Below, piece by piece: positions 37,726-47,316 of a stretch of DNA of 64,000 nt (positions are counted from its first letter, which is position 1; each line of letters opens with the position of its first letter). The notes below the pieces were generated by a model that made no database searches, was not told the origin of the DNA, and saw only the letters and a program-made list of their open reading frames with translations. The stretch is from Alphaproteobacteria bacterium. Lineage in GTDB: Bacteria; Pseudomonadota; Alphaproteobacteria; Bin95. The stretch lies in the NCBI GenBank assembly GCA_964291285.2, contig OZ219785.1:864001-928000 (forward strand), read 5' to 3'. Made by a program: the position numbers and the translations under genes.

Positions 37726-38888
37726 GCAGGAGCGGCTGCTGCAGTAAGAGCGAGGCGAGCGCGCTCGGCGGCTTCGTCGCGCCACCACACATCCCGGATG
37801 CTCTCGATTTCCGCCGGGAGAATCAGCGTTTCGCCGAGTGTCTCTTGCAAGGCCAGCAATTTGTCGAGGATTGTCTGGCGCACCTCAAGGCGGAACGGCC
37901 CCATCACATAAGAACCGTCCGCGCGGCGGCGGGGGTTGCCGTCGCGCCGCACGGGCAGACGGTTGCCGTCGTCCTCGCGGAGTTCCACGAGCCACTCGCG
38001 GAAATCGAGCAGGGATTCCATCGTCTCCGTCTCGGCATGACCGGAGTCTATCAGGCCTTGCAGACTGCGGTCCTTCTTGACCACGGTGCAGGTCCAGCAG
38101 CCGAAGCGGGGCGAGGAGGTGCCGCAGGATGGCGCATCCTCCTTCGTCATCACCAGGGGGCACTCGCCGCCGCCGGCCGAGCGGTAGAGCGCGATCAGCC
38201 GGCGGTGGCTGCCGCCCCAGGGCGGCCGGCGCTGCATGAGCACCATCCACACGTCCTCGTCGTCGAGATCGGCGAGCGGCGCGAACATCCGGCATTCCTC
38301 GATGGAGCCGTGCGGATTGAGCGCCGTCGCGGTGACCTCCCGGCGCTCCATGCTGCGCTGCCGGTTCTGCGATTCGCTGCGTCGCGTGCCGATCAGCAGC
38401 ACGGCCCCGCCGTGCCGGGCGACCACGCCGCGGATGAGGCGGTCGGTCGGCAGGATTTTCATGCGGTCGGTGCACCACCGGAAATTGCGGGTCGGCGGGA
38501 TATAGCCCCGCCCGATGACACTGACCCAGAATGTCTGGTCTATGGCCGGCGTCGTGATGCGGACTGTGAGCGGTATGTTGTCGGCTTCGGCGGCGGCGCG
38601 GATCGCGTCGGCGGAGTCCCGGAGATGCCGGATCACCAGGGGCGATTCGACCCGCGTATCGTTGCCCACCACGATGATGTCGCGCCGGGCCTGCTCCGGG
38701 GGAAGGGCCGCGACCGTCTCCCAGACCAGTTGCAACAGCAGGGTCGAATCCTTGCCGCCCGAATAAGCGACCAGCCATGGATGCGAATGTTCCCGGCAAT
38801 ATTCTTCCCGAAGCACGTCCCGGATGCGGTCCAGCCGCTCCGGCAAGCTGGCAAGGTCGTCCCGGAGTGCCGGGGAGGCCGCGCTCAT
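37722..38888 (-). CDS. dndC: DNA phosphorothioation sulfurtransferase DndC (PAPS-reductase family)
   Basis: PWLVAYSGGKDS, DTRVESP, TFWVSVIGRGY.PP..FRWCTDRMKI.P, LY..A.GGECP, SCG..RFGCWTCTVV.KDRS, GPF..E.R; 388 aa. Confidence 0.9.
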   Translation of the reverse strand: MSAASPALRDDLASLPERLDRIRDVLREEYCREHSHPWLVAYSGGKDSTLLLQLVWETVAALPPEQARRDIIVVGNDTRVESPLVIRHLRDSADAIRAAAEADNIPLTVRITTPAIDQTFWVSVIGRGYIPPTRNFRWCTDRMKILPTDRLIRGVVARHGGAVLLIGTRRSESQNRQRSMERREVTATALNPHGSIEECRMFAPLADLDDEDVWMVLMQRRPPWGGSHRRLIALYRSAGGGECPLVMTKEDAPSCGTSSPRFGCWTCTVVKKDRSLQGLIDSGHAETETMESLLDFREWLVELREDDGNRLPVRRDGNPRRRADGSYVMGPFRLEVRQTILDKLLALQETLGETLILPAEIESIRDVWWRDEAAERARLALTAAAAPA

Positions 38889-40069
38889 GCGGCGATGCTC
38901 CGCAGCACGGACACGGCTTCCGCAACCCGGCCGGCGGCAAGGTCGATCTCCGCCCCGGTCGTATAGCGTCCGAAGCTGAACCGCACCGAGGACAGCGCGG
39001 CCGTGGGGCTCATTCCCATGCCCAGCAGCACATGGGACGGCTCGACCGCTTCCGAAGTGCAGGCGGAGCCGGTCGCCAGGGCAACGCCGTCCAAAGCCAG
39101 CAGCAGCGACTCCGCCGCCACGCCGTCGAAACACATATTGAGGATGCCGGGCGCCCGGTCGACCGCGCCTGCATTGACCGCTGCGCCGGCAATCCCTTCC
39201 AGCTTCCGCAGCAGGCGCGCATCCAGCGCGGCGATCCGGCGCGAGTCGCATTCGAGGCGTTCGCGCACAAGGCGCGCGGCGGCGCCCATGCCCACGATCT
39301 GGTGCGTCGGCAGCGTGCCCGGCCGGAAGCCCCTCTCCTGCCCGCCGCCATGCGTCTGCGGGACGAGGGCCGGCAGCAGCCCGCGCCGGACATAGAGCGC
39401 GCCCACGCCCTTGGGGCCGTACATCTTGTGGCCGCTCAGCGAAAGCATGTCGCAACCGAGCCGGGACACGTCGAGCGGGAGGCGGGCGGCGCTCTGCACG
39501 GCGTCCACATGGAGCATCGCACCCGCCTTGCACACGACGCGAGAGACGGCCGGAATATCCGTGACTGCCCCGGTCTCGTTGTTGACATGCATGAGCGAGA
39601 CGAGGGCGGTGTCCGCGCGCAACACGGAAGCGACGGCATCCGGTCCGATCCGGCCTTCGGCGTCCGGCTGGACGGCGGTGACTTCGAAACCCGCCCCGGA
39701 GAGCCAGTGCGCGGTGTCGAGGACCGCCTTGTGCTCCAGTGCCGAGACCACGAGGTGGCGGCCCCGCGCCTGCCGGGAGAGCAGCAGGCCCTTGAGGGCG
39801 AGATTGATGGATTCGGTCGCCCCGGAGGTCCACAGGATTTCCCCGGCCCCGGCCCCGACCAGCGCGGCGACTTCCCGGCGAGCCGTCTCGACGGCTTCCA
39901 GTGCCGCATGGCCGAAACTGTGGGTGATCGAGGACGGGTTCCCGAATATGCCGTCCGCCGTGAGGCAGTCGGCCATCGCTTCCGCGACTTCCGGCGCAAC
40001 CGGCGTCGTTGCGGCGTAGTCCAGATAGACTCCGCCTGCCGGCTGTCCCCCGGTTTTCCGGCGCCCCAT
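38885..40069 (-). CDS. dndA: Cysteine desulfurase (DndA/IscS-like)
   Basis: YLDYAATTP, GNPSS, TSGATES, HVNNETG, HVDAVQ, SGHKMYGPKG (PLP Lys), GSACTS catalytic Cys; ATGA overlap with dndC. The dndA name rests on context. Confidence 0.85.
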   Translation of the reverse strand: MGRRKTGGQPAGGVYLDYAATTPVAPEVAEAMADCLTADGIFGNPSSITHSFGHAALEAVETARREVAALVGAGAGEILWTSGATESINLALKGLLLSRQARGRHLVVSALEHKAVLDTAHWLSGAGFEVTAVQPDAEGRIGPDAVASVLRADTALVSLMHVNNETGAVTDIPAVSRVVCKAGAMLHVDAVQSAARLPLDVSRLGCDMLSLSGHKMYGPKGVGALYVRRGLLPALVPQTHGGGQERGFRPGTLPTHQIVGMGAAARLVRERLECDSRRIAALDARLLRKLEGIAGAAVNAGAVDRAPGILNMCFDGVAAESLLLALDGVALATGSACTSEAVEPSHVLLGMGMSPTAALSSVRFSFGRYTTGAEIDLAAGRVAEAVSVLRSIAA

Positions 40070-40150
40070 GCTCTGTGGCCTTTCCGCGTCGGGATGTCCG
40101 CCACCGTTCCTGACGCTCTCCCGCCATTGTGGTCCGGCCCGGAATCGCCG

Positions 40151-40193
40151 GTCAAGCCCCCCCGACCCGCTTGACAATGTTCCCTCTATGTGC
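40151..40193. promoter_or_regulatory. Divergent promoter region with back-to-back -35 boxes and a LexA-box-like site
   Basis: GTCAAGC (40151-40157) / GCTTGAC (40169-40175) inverted repeat; TTGACA at 40171; GTTC-N7-GTGC at 40179-40193. Confidence 0.45.
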
Positions 40194-40229
40194 TTTTCCC
40201 GCGCCACCCAGGCAAGGAGGACGGCTACT

Positions 40230-40607
40230 ATGCCGCGTGCGTTTTCTCTCGACCTGCGCAAGCGGGTGGTCGAGGCGGTGGAGGCGGGGATGAGCCAGCG
40301 GGCGGCGGCGCGGCGGTTCGCCGTCGGCAAGTCCACCGTTGCGGAATGGCACAAGCTCCGGCGCGAGCGCGGCCACCTGCGCCCCGGAAAGCCCGGCGGC
40401 CCCCGTCCCTCGCCGGTCGAGGACGAGCGCTGCTTCCTGCTCGGCCTGCTGGAGGGCGACCCGAACCTCTCCATCGCGGAGTTGCGCGCGGCGCTGGCGG
40501 AACGGGGCGTGGTCGTGAGCATGACCGCCGTGCAGAAATTCCTCAAGCGCCACGGCGTCAAGCGCTGGCCGGGGCGCCGCCCGCTCAAGCCGCGGCGGCG
40601 GCGCTGA
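40230..40607 (+). CDS. Stand-alone IS630-type helix-turn-helix protein (no DDE domain)
   Basis: AAGGAGG RBS; FSLDLRKRVV...G.S.RAAARRF.VGKSTV..W...G...P..L.ELRAAL.ERGV.VS; basic C-tail then stop. Confidence 0.75.
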   Translation: MPRAFSLDLRKRVVEAVEAGMSQRAAARRFAVGKSTVAEWHKLRRERGHLRPGKPGGPRPSPVEDERCFLLGLLEGDPNLSIAELRAALAERGVVVSMTAVQKFLKRHGVKRWPGRRPLKPRRRR

Positions 40608-40865
40608 ACCGGCCGGGCGGCCGGACTACAGGGGATCATTGCCAGGCCGGTTCCGGACGGCGGGCAAACGGAGGACGCACGTCTCCTGTCTGGCGGCCGA
40701 CACCGGCCTTCACCCTTCCGGTTCCTTCGAGAACGGCGCCCCGCCGCCGTCCTATGCCCAAGTCATGCCCCCGCTCTCCCGTTGCGGCAGGCCCCGTATA
40801 TGGGGCGGACGCGCGGGAATTCAAGCATCTGGAAGGAAATAAATCCAGATTCGTGCCCGCCCGCC

Positions 40866-41570
40866 TCAGCCGAGCGCCGTCAGCGCCGCTTCGCGGGTTT
40901 CGAAATAGTCGATGATCGACGTGAAGCCGCCCATGTCGATGACCGCAAGGCATTCCGGCGAGAGGGCGGCGAGGACCAGCCGCCCGCCCTTCTCGTTGCA
41001 CAGCTTGGCCGAGACCAGCAGGGCGCGCAGCCCGCTGCTGTCCACATAGCCCATGCCCCCGCAGTCCAGCACGACGCGGGTGCTGCCGCGCCCGACGGCG
41101 GCGAAGATCCGCTCCGTCAGTATCGGCGCGTTCCTGCCCTCCAGCCGCCCGTCCAGCGAGAGCAGCACCGCCCGCTCCAATTGGCGTTCCGCAACGGCGA
41201 ACCCGCGCCCCTCTTCCGCCTCCCGGGGGCTTTCGGCGGCGGGCGCGGCAAGCGCGTCCTCGACGGTCTCGGGGCAGTCGAGGACCATCAGCAGGCCGGT
41301 CGCGTCCAGGACCGCCCGGCATTCGGGCCGGAGCGCCGCGACGGCGAAATCGCAGCCGGTCTGGAGGCATGCCCTGGCGCCGAGCAGCAGGGCGCGCAAG
41401 CCGGCGCTGCTGACATAGGCGACCTCGCGGCAGTCCACCACCAGGCGGCCGGGGCCGGTCTTCGCGACGGCGGCGAGCCTGGCCTCCAGGTCGGGAGCCC
41501 CGATCGCGTCCAGACGCCCGGCCGGGGAGACGACAACCGCCGGGCCCTCGCTCCGCTCCTCGATTTTCAT
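40866..41570 (-). CDS. Tandem STAS-domain anti-sigma-factor antagonist
   Basis: Two copies of GRL...D...YVSSAGLRALL / YVDSSGLRALL. Confidence 0.85.
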   Translation of the reverse strand: MKIEERSEGPAVVVSPAGRLDAIGAPDLEARLAAVAKTGPGRLVVDCREVAYVSSAGLRALLLGARACLQTGCDFAVAALRPECRAVLDATGLLMVLDCPETVEDALAAPAAESPREAEEGRGFAVAERQLERAVLLSLDGRLEGRNAPILTERIFAAVGRGSTRVVLDCGGMGYVDSSGLRALLVSAKLCNEKGGRLVLAALSPECLAVIDMGGFTSIIDYFETREAALTALG

Positions 41571-41795
41571 CGCGCCGCGTCCGTCATCGCCGGCCCTTCG
41601 ATGCCTCCGGGATATGCACGGACTATACAGGGATATGCCGGAATTTACAGGGGTTCCGCTGCCGGGGAGCGGTTGCGGAAACGGAATTGCGGGTCCCTTT
41701 TCTAGCCTGCCGCCTTCGATGGCAGGCGTGCATCTCGACCCGGGCGCGCCGCTGTTGTAGCAATGCGGGATGCAGGCGACGGGAGAGCCGACGAC

Positions 41796-42410
41796 ATGGC
41801 CCCAGATACTGGCGACAGCGCCCCCCTGATCCGACCGAGCCGCGCACAGGCCGAAGAGGCGGTGCGCATCCTGCTGCGCTGGGCAGGCGACGACCCCTCG
41901 CGCGAGGGCCTGGTCGGCACGCCGGACCGGGTGCTCCGGGCCTATGGCGAATTCTTCGCGGGCTACAGCGAAGACCCGGTCGCCGTGCTGGAGCGCACCT
42001 TCGAGGAAACCGCCGACTATGACGAGATGATCGTGGTGCGCGACATCCGCCTGGAAAGCCATTGCGAGCACCATATCGTGCCGATCATCGGCAAGGCGCA
42101 TGTCGGCTACCTGCCGGCCGGGCGTGTGGTCGGCATCTCCAAGCTCGCGCGCGTGGTGGACATCTTCGCCAAGCGCCTGCAGATCCAGGAACGGCTCACC
42201 ACCGAGATCGCCGACGCCATCGACCGTGTGCTGAGGCCGCGCGGCGTGGCGGTGGTCGTCGAGGCCACGCATATGTGCATGTCGACGCGCGGCATCCACA
42301 AGACCGCGTCCTCCACCGTGACCAGCCGGATGCTGGGCAGCTTCCGCTCCGACCCGACGACGCGGCGCGAGTTCCTGACCATGATCGGCAGAGGTGGCGA
42401 TTCCGTCTGA
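41796..42410 (+). CDS. folE: GTP cyclohydrolase I
   Basis: [33 protein letters not shown]. Confidence 0.95.
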   Translation: MAPDTGDSAPLIRPSRAQAEEAVRILLRWAGDDPSREGLVGTPDRVLRAYGEFFAGYSEDPVAVLERTFEETADYDEMIVVRDIRLESHCEHHIVPIIGKAHVGYLPAGRVVGISKLARVVDIFAKRLQIQERLTTEIADAIDRVLRPRGVAVVVEATHMCMSTRGIHKTASSTVTSRMLGSFRSDPTTRREFLTMIGRGGDSV

Positions 42411-42454
42411 GCCGCGCTAACCTTCCCGGCGACAAACTGCCGGAGGGGAACGCG

Positions 42455-42979
42455 ATGACCTACACGCTTGACCAATTCGCCGCCGAATGCCGCGAGGCGC
42501 TGGCCGCCGACGGCGGACGGGCCGGCAGGGAGGGCGTGCTCGCCTGCGTGAAGAAGGCGCTGGCGAGCCCGGAGTTCCTGGAGACGCATCTCGGGCCGGA
42601 CGCGACCGCCGAGCGCGAGATCATCTACGAGGACCCGGATTACGGCTTCTGTATCTGCGCCCATGTCTACCAGGGGGCGCGGACGGGCGGGCCGCACGAC
42701 CACGGGCCGACATGGGCGATCTACGGCCAGGCCTTCGGCGAGACCGAGATGACCGACTGGCGCATCGTCCGGCCGCCGGAAGGGGAGAAGCCGGGCCGGG
42801 TCGCGCTCTCGCGCGTCTACACGATGAAGCCGGGCGACGCGCATCTCTACGATGTGGGCGACGTGCACGCGCCGCGGCGCATGTCGGCGACGCGCCTCAT
42901 CCGCATCGAGGGCTGCGACACCATGAAGGTGAAGCGCACGCCGCTGATGGCGGTGGAAGCAGCGGACGCCGCGCAATGA
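42455..42979 (+). CDS. Cupin, cysteine-dioxygenase-like
   Basis: PHDHG.TWAIYG..G...VHAP. Confidence 0.7.
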   Translation: MTYTLDQFAAECREALAADGGRAGREGVLACVKKALASPEFLETHLGPDATAEREIIYEDPDYGFCICAHVYQGARTGGPHDHGPTWAIYGQAFGETEMTDWRIVRPPEGEKPGRVALSRVYTMKPGDAHLYDVGDVHAPRRMSATRLIRIEGCDTMKVKRTPLMAVEAADAAQ

Positions 42980-43863
42980 GTGTGCAGATCCGGCGCCTGA
43001 CGCCGGCCTTTGCGGGCGAGGTCTCCGGCGTCGACACCACCCGGCCGCTGCCGGCGGGCGTGGCGGCGGCGCTCGACGCGGGCATGGCGGAGCACGGCGT
43101 GCTGGTGTTCCCCGGCCAGGCGCTGACGGACGAGCAGCAGGCGGCGTTCTCGCAGAATTTCGGCCGGCTGGAGATGCCGTCCGCGGTGTCCAACATCACC
43201 AAGGAGCATGAGCGCCGGCTCGGCCCCGCCATGGCGGACGTGTCCAACCTGACGAAGGAGCACCGGCCCTTCGACCGCGAGGACCGGCGGCGCATGTTCA
43301 ATCTCGGCAACCGCCTCTGGCACTCGGATTCCTCCTTCCGGGCGGTGCCGGCGAAGCTCAGCCTTCTTTCCGGGCGTATCCTGCCGTCGAGCGGCGGCAA
43401 CACCGAGTTCGCCGACATGGCGGGGGCTTACGATGCGCTCGACGCGGCGATGAAGGCGCGGGTCGAGGACCTTGTCTGCGAGCACTCGCTGCTCTATTCG
43501 CGCGGCCGGCTGGGCTTCGAGGGCCTGACCGAGGAGGAGAAGGCCAATTTCCGCCCCGTGCGCCAGGCGCTGGTGCGCGTCCACCCGCAGAACGGGCGGA
43601 AGTCGCTGTACCTCTCCGCCCACGCCGGCAGGATCGTCGGCTGGCCGGTCCCCGAAGGCCGCCTCCTGCTGGAAGAGCTCACCGAGCACGCGACGCAGAG
43701 GCAGTTCGTCTATGCGCATGAATGGCGCGTGAACGACCTCGTGATCTGGGATAACCGGCGCACCATGCACCGCGCGCGCCCCTTCGACGATGTGAACGAG
43801 GTCCGCGACATGCGCCGCACCACCGTGGCCGGCGAGGAAATGACGGCCGCCCAGGCGGCCTGA
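42976..43863 (+). CDS. TauD/TfdA-family alpha-ketoglutarate dioxygenase (TfdA-like)
   Basis: WHSDSSF, GGNTEFADM, HPQNGRKSLY, WDNRRTMHR. Confidence 0.9.
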   Translation: MSVQIRRLTPAFAGEVSGVDTTRPLPAGVAAALDAGMAEHGVLVFPGQALTDEQQAAFSQNFGRLEMPSAVSNITKEHERRLGPAMADVSNLTKEHRPFDREDRRRMFNLGNRLWHSDSSFRAVPAKLSLLSGRILPSSGGNTEFADMAGAYDALDAAMKARVEDLVCEHSLLYSRGRLGFEGLTEEEKANFRPVRQALVRVHPQNGRKSLYLSAHAGRIVGWPVPEGRLLLEELTEHATQRQFVYAHEWRVNDLVIWDNRRTMHRARPFDDVNEVRDMRRTTVAGEEMTAAQAA

Positions 43864-43868
43864 GGACC

Positions 43869-45287
43869 GTGCCGGACAGCGGCGGCCCGGCCCCCAACCC
43901 GGCGGAACGGCTGGCGGCCTTTGCTGCGGCGTTGCGCGCGGAGGATGTGCCGGCGGCGGTCCGGGAGCGGGCACGGCATCTGATACTCGATGCGCTCGGC
44001 GTGGCCGCGGCCTCCAGCCGGCAGGAGTTCGCGCGCGTCATGCTGGAGGGCTTCCGGGCGACCGCCGGCGGGGGGGGGTCCGGCGTGGTGGCGATGGGCG
44101 CGCGGCTCTCGCTCCGCGATGCGGCCGCGCTCAATGCCGCGCTCATCCACGGCCTCGATTTCGACGACACCCATCCGGGCGCGGTGGTGCATTGCACGGC
44201 CGTTTCTCTGCCCGCCGCGCTGGCGCTGGGGGAAGAGCGCGACGCGGCCGGCGCGGAAATCCTCACCGCCTATATCGCCGCGATGGAATGCGCCGCGCGG
44301 ATCGGCCTTGCCGCCGATTACGGCTTCCACCGGCGCGGCTTCCACGCCACCGGGATCGCGGGACACTTTTCCTCCGCGCTCGCCGCCGGGCGGCTCATGG
44401 GCCTCGATGCGGCGGCGCTCGCCTCGGCGCAGGGCGTGTGCGTCTCGACGGCGGCGGCAAGCCGCGAGTTCTGGTCGGACGGCGCCTGGAACAAGCGCCT
44501 CCACCCCGGCTGGGCGGCGGAGGCCGGCATTACCGCGGCGGGCCTTGCCGGCGCCGGTTTCAAGGGCTGCGAGCGCCCCTATGACGGACGCTTCGGCCTC
44601 TTCCGGATGCTGATGGGCGCCGACGCGGACGGCGTCGATTACGCGCTTCTGGCCGGCGGGCTGGGAGAGCGCTGGGAGCTGCTCGAATCGGCCGTCAAGC
44701 CCTTCCCGACCTGCCATTACACCCATGCGATCATCGACAGCGCGATTGCGCTCCGCCGGGATCGCGGCCTCGGGCTCGATGACATCGCCCGCATTACGGT
44801 GCTGGTGCATGAGGACCTGATCGGAGCGCTGATGGAGCCGGAGGCGCTGAAACGCAGGCCGCCGGACGACTATGCGGCCCGCTTCAGCGCCCCCTGGGCG
44901 GCGGCCTGCGGGCTGGCGCTCGGAAGGCTCGGGCTCCGGGAACTGGAGCCGGAGGCGCTGCAAGACCCGCAAGTGCTGGCGCTGGCGGCGCGTGTCGAGT
45001 GCCGGCCCGATCCGGACTCGCTCTTCCCGCGCTGTTTCTCGGCAGGCGTCGAGGTCGAGACCCGGTCGGGCGCGCGCTTCAGGCACCATGAGCCGGTCAA
45101 TCGCGGCGCCGGCGACCGGGCGCTCGCCAATGCCGAGATCGTGGAGAAGTTCCACGCCAACGCCGCTCCGGCGCTGGGCGAAGCGCGCGCCGAAGCCATG
45201 GCCGCCCATGTGCTGGACATGGAGAAGCTGACGGGAAGGGAGTTGATGAGGGGGCTGATACCGGCGGCGCCGGGTAGCGGCTTATGA
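43869..45287 (+). CDS. MmgE/PrpD family protein
   Basis: ILDALG, HGLDFDDTH, GFHATG, KRLHPG, KPFPTCHYTH. Confidence 0.88.
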   Translation: MPDSGGPAPNPAERLAAFAAALRAEDVPAAVRERARHLILDALGVAAASSRQEFARVMLEGFRATAGGGGSGVVAMGARLSLRDAAALNAALIHGLDFDDTHPGAVVHCTAVSLPAALALGEERDAAGAEILTAYIAAMECAARIGLAADYGFHRRGFHATGIAGHFSSALAAGRLMGLDAAALASAQGVCVSTAAASREFWSDGAWNKRLHPGWAAEAGITAAGLAGAGFKGCERPYDGRFGLFRMLMGADADGVDYALLAGGLGERWELLESAVKPFPTCHYTHAIIDSAIALRRDRGLGLDDIARITVLVHEDLIGALMEPEALKRRPPDDYAARFSAPWAAACGLALGRLGLRELEPEALQDPQVLALAARVECRPDPDSLFPRCFSAGVEVETRSGARFRHHEPVNRGAGDRALANAEIVEKFHANAAPALGEARAEAMAAHVLDMEKLTGRELMRGLIPAAPGSGL

Positions 45288-45516
45288 GGGGCGCCGCGCT
45301 GCCGACGCGCCGTCCGGGACTGTTCGGCAACAGGACCCTAGCCAATGCGTTTCCGCCATGTTTCAATCCTGTAATGCGAAGCCGCGACGCAATCGAACCC
45401 ACAAAGGAAAACGGCGTCGCCATACCGGGAGCGGACGCGCCGCCGGCGATCGCAGCCTGAGGGGGCCGCAACACCTCGAACCGACAAGCAACAGGCGACC
45501 AGGGAGGAATAACGCC

Positions 45517-46701
45517 ATGACGCTTTCTCGACGCGATTTTCTGCGCATTTCCGCAGACTACGGGACCAAGGCGGCCGTCTTTGCCGCCGTTGCCGGAACG
45601 ACGTCCGCCACGCTCATCAGCCAGTTCGCTGCCAGGGACGCGCAGGCTGCCAAGAAGGCCAAATATACGATCCGCCACGGCGTCAGCGTGGTAAATCCGA
45701 AGAACGAAGAATTCCTGCAGACCCGCGCCTATGACTTCGCCAAATGGATCGAGGAAGGATCGGACGGCGAAATCGCCGTGCAGACCCTCGACAGCGGCCA
45801 GGCCTGCGCGGAAAACCAGTGCGTCGAGCGGGTCGGGGCCGGCGTGCTCGATATGGGCAATTCCTCGGCGCAGAATGCCGCCGCCATCATCTACCACGCG
45901 CAGGCGCTCGACTGGCCCTTCCTGTGGCGGGATCCGCAATCGCTTCTCAACCTGCTGCACGATCCGGCCATGAACCCGGTTTACCGGGATGTCTGGCGGG
46001 AAAAGTACGGCGTCGAGTTCCTCTATTGCACGAACGAGCTGCGCGACATCTTCATGGGGTTGAAATACAGCGACCTGCCGGAGGTCCGTCACCCGGACGG
46101 CCTGAAGGGCCGCAAGCTCCGGATCACCAACTCCACCATGATCCAGAATTTCGCCGAGTCGCTCGGCATGAGCCCGGTGCCGCTCGCCTGGACCGAGACG
46201 CTGGAAGGCATGAAGTCCGGCGTCGTCGATGGCATGGAGACCTGGGGCGGCGCGGCCGCGAGCTTCGGCATGACCAAGGTCACGGCTCAGGTGCTCGAGC
46301 TGGACTTCTGCCCCGGAACGGGCTCGTGTTTCATGAATTTGCGGGCGATGGAGCGCATGCCCGGGCGCCTGCAGGACGTGGTTCGCGAAGCCGCCCGCAG
46401 GGCGAGCGAAGAATCGTACCAAAATCTGCTGGTCGCCTTGAACACCGTCACCGGCGCCGGGCCGAACCCGACGCCGGAGAGCAACTATGTGCAGATGCAG
46501 GACACGATGCGCCATGTCCGCCTGACCGAGGACGAGATGGAGGCGTTCCGCGAGCGCGGCTCGGTCGAGCGCAACGGGCAGATCTACAGCGGGATCCGCA
46601 AGGAACTGGACAATCTGGCGGGCCTCGACGTGTTCGGCGCTATTGCCGAGTTCGAGAAGAAAGTCCGCGGCAAACCGCTGAATGCCCAGAAGTGGTGGTA
46701 G
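45517..46701 (+). CDS. TRAP transporter substrate-binding protein DctP (Tat signal)
   Basis: SRRDFLR twin-arginine motif; LKGRKLR, PVPLAW.E...G.VDG.E. Confidence 0.88.
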   Translation: MTLSRRDFLRISADYGTKAAVFAAVAGTTSATLISQFAARDAQAAKKAKYTIRHGVSVVNPKNEEFLQTRAYDFAKWIEEGSDGEIAVQTLDSGQACAENQCVERVGAGVLDMGNSSAQNAAAIIYHAQALDWPFLWRDPQSLLNLLHDPAMNPVYRDVWREKYGVEFLYCTNELRDIFMGLKYSDLPEVRHPDGLKGRKLRITNSTMIQNFAESLGMSPVPLAWTETLEGMKSGVVDGMETWGGAAASFGMTKVTAQVLELDFCPGTGSCFMNLRAMERMPGRLQDVVREAARRASEESYQNLLVALNTVTGAGPNPTPESNYVQMQDTMRHVRLTEDEMEAFRERGSVERNGQIYSGIRKELDNLAGLDVFGAIAEFEKKVRGKPLNAQKWW

Positions 46702-46714
46702 TCGCGTAGCCGGA

Positions 46715-46756
46715 CCCCGGAAGCCGCCAGGCTTCCGGGGGCTCTTTCATTCTTTT
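46715..46756 (+). terminator. Stem-loop after dctP (terminator or mRNA stabiliser)
   Basis: CCCCGGAAGCC-GCCA-GGCTTCCGGGG followed by a T-rich tail. Confidence 0.65.
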
Positions 46757-46809
46757 CCGGACGGAAATCCCGGACTGCCTGACGGCGTCCGGGAAAGCGG
46801 GTGTGTCTG

Positions 46810-47316
46810 ATGGGCCAGCGATTCGACGACCTGATTACCTGGATCGAAAAGGCGGTGATGCTGCTCGCCTATCTGACGATCATCCTGGTGGTGGGGCTGG
46901 AGACGATCCGGCGGATGATCACGGGCGAGCAGGCGGCCTGGGGGCCGGAGATCGCCATGGGCGCGTTCGTCTGGCTCTCGTGGTTCGCCATGTCCGCCGG
47001 CGTGCGCACCGGCGCGCATCTCTCTTTCACCACCGTGCGGGACCGCGTGCCCGACGGGATTCGCCGGGGTATGGAGGTCTTCGACTGCCTGCTCTGGTTC
47101 GTGCTGGGCGCTGTCGTCATCGTCGCCTCGTGGGATGTCGTGATGCTGAATGAGCGCTTCAACATCAAGATCTTCGGCACCGACATCCCGATCGCCGCGA
47201 TCTCCATCGCCGTGCCGCTCGGCTGGGGCTTCACCATGGTGCGGGTGTTCCAACAGCTGGTCCGGGTGTTGCAGGGCAAGACCGGCCCGCATATCGCGGC
47301 GGAGGAAATCCGATGA
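46810..47316 (+). CDS. TRAP small permease DctQ
   Basis: 4 TM segments; W..E, HL.F; located between dctP and dctM. Confidence 0.85.
   Translation: MGQRFDDLITWIEKAVMLLAYLTIILVVGLETIRRMITGEQAAWGPEIAMGAFVWLSWFAMSAGVRTGAHLSFTTVRDRVPDGIRRGMEVFDCLLWFVLGAVVIVASWDVVMLNERFNIKIFGTDIPIAAISIAVPLGWGFTMVRVFQQLVRVLQGKTGPHIAAEEIR

Noticed and set aside
38885-40069. Housekeeping iscS of an isc operon
   Set aside because: No iscR/iscU/iscA nearby; translationally coupled to dndC.
41796-42410. folE near a DGQHR gene as part of a 7-deazaguanine (dpd) DNA-modification cluster
   Set aside because: No dpdA, queC, queD or queE in the window; folE has host-like composition and is separated from the island by the STAS gene.
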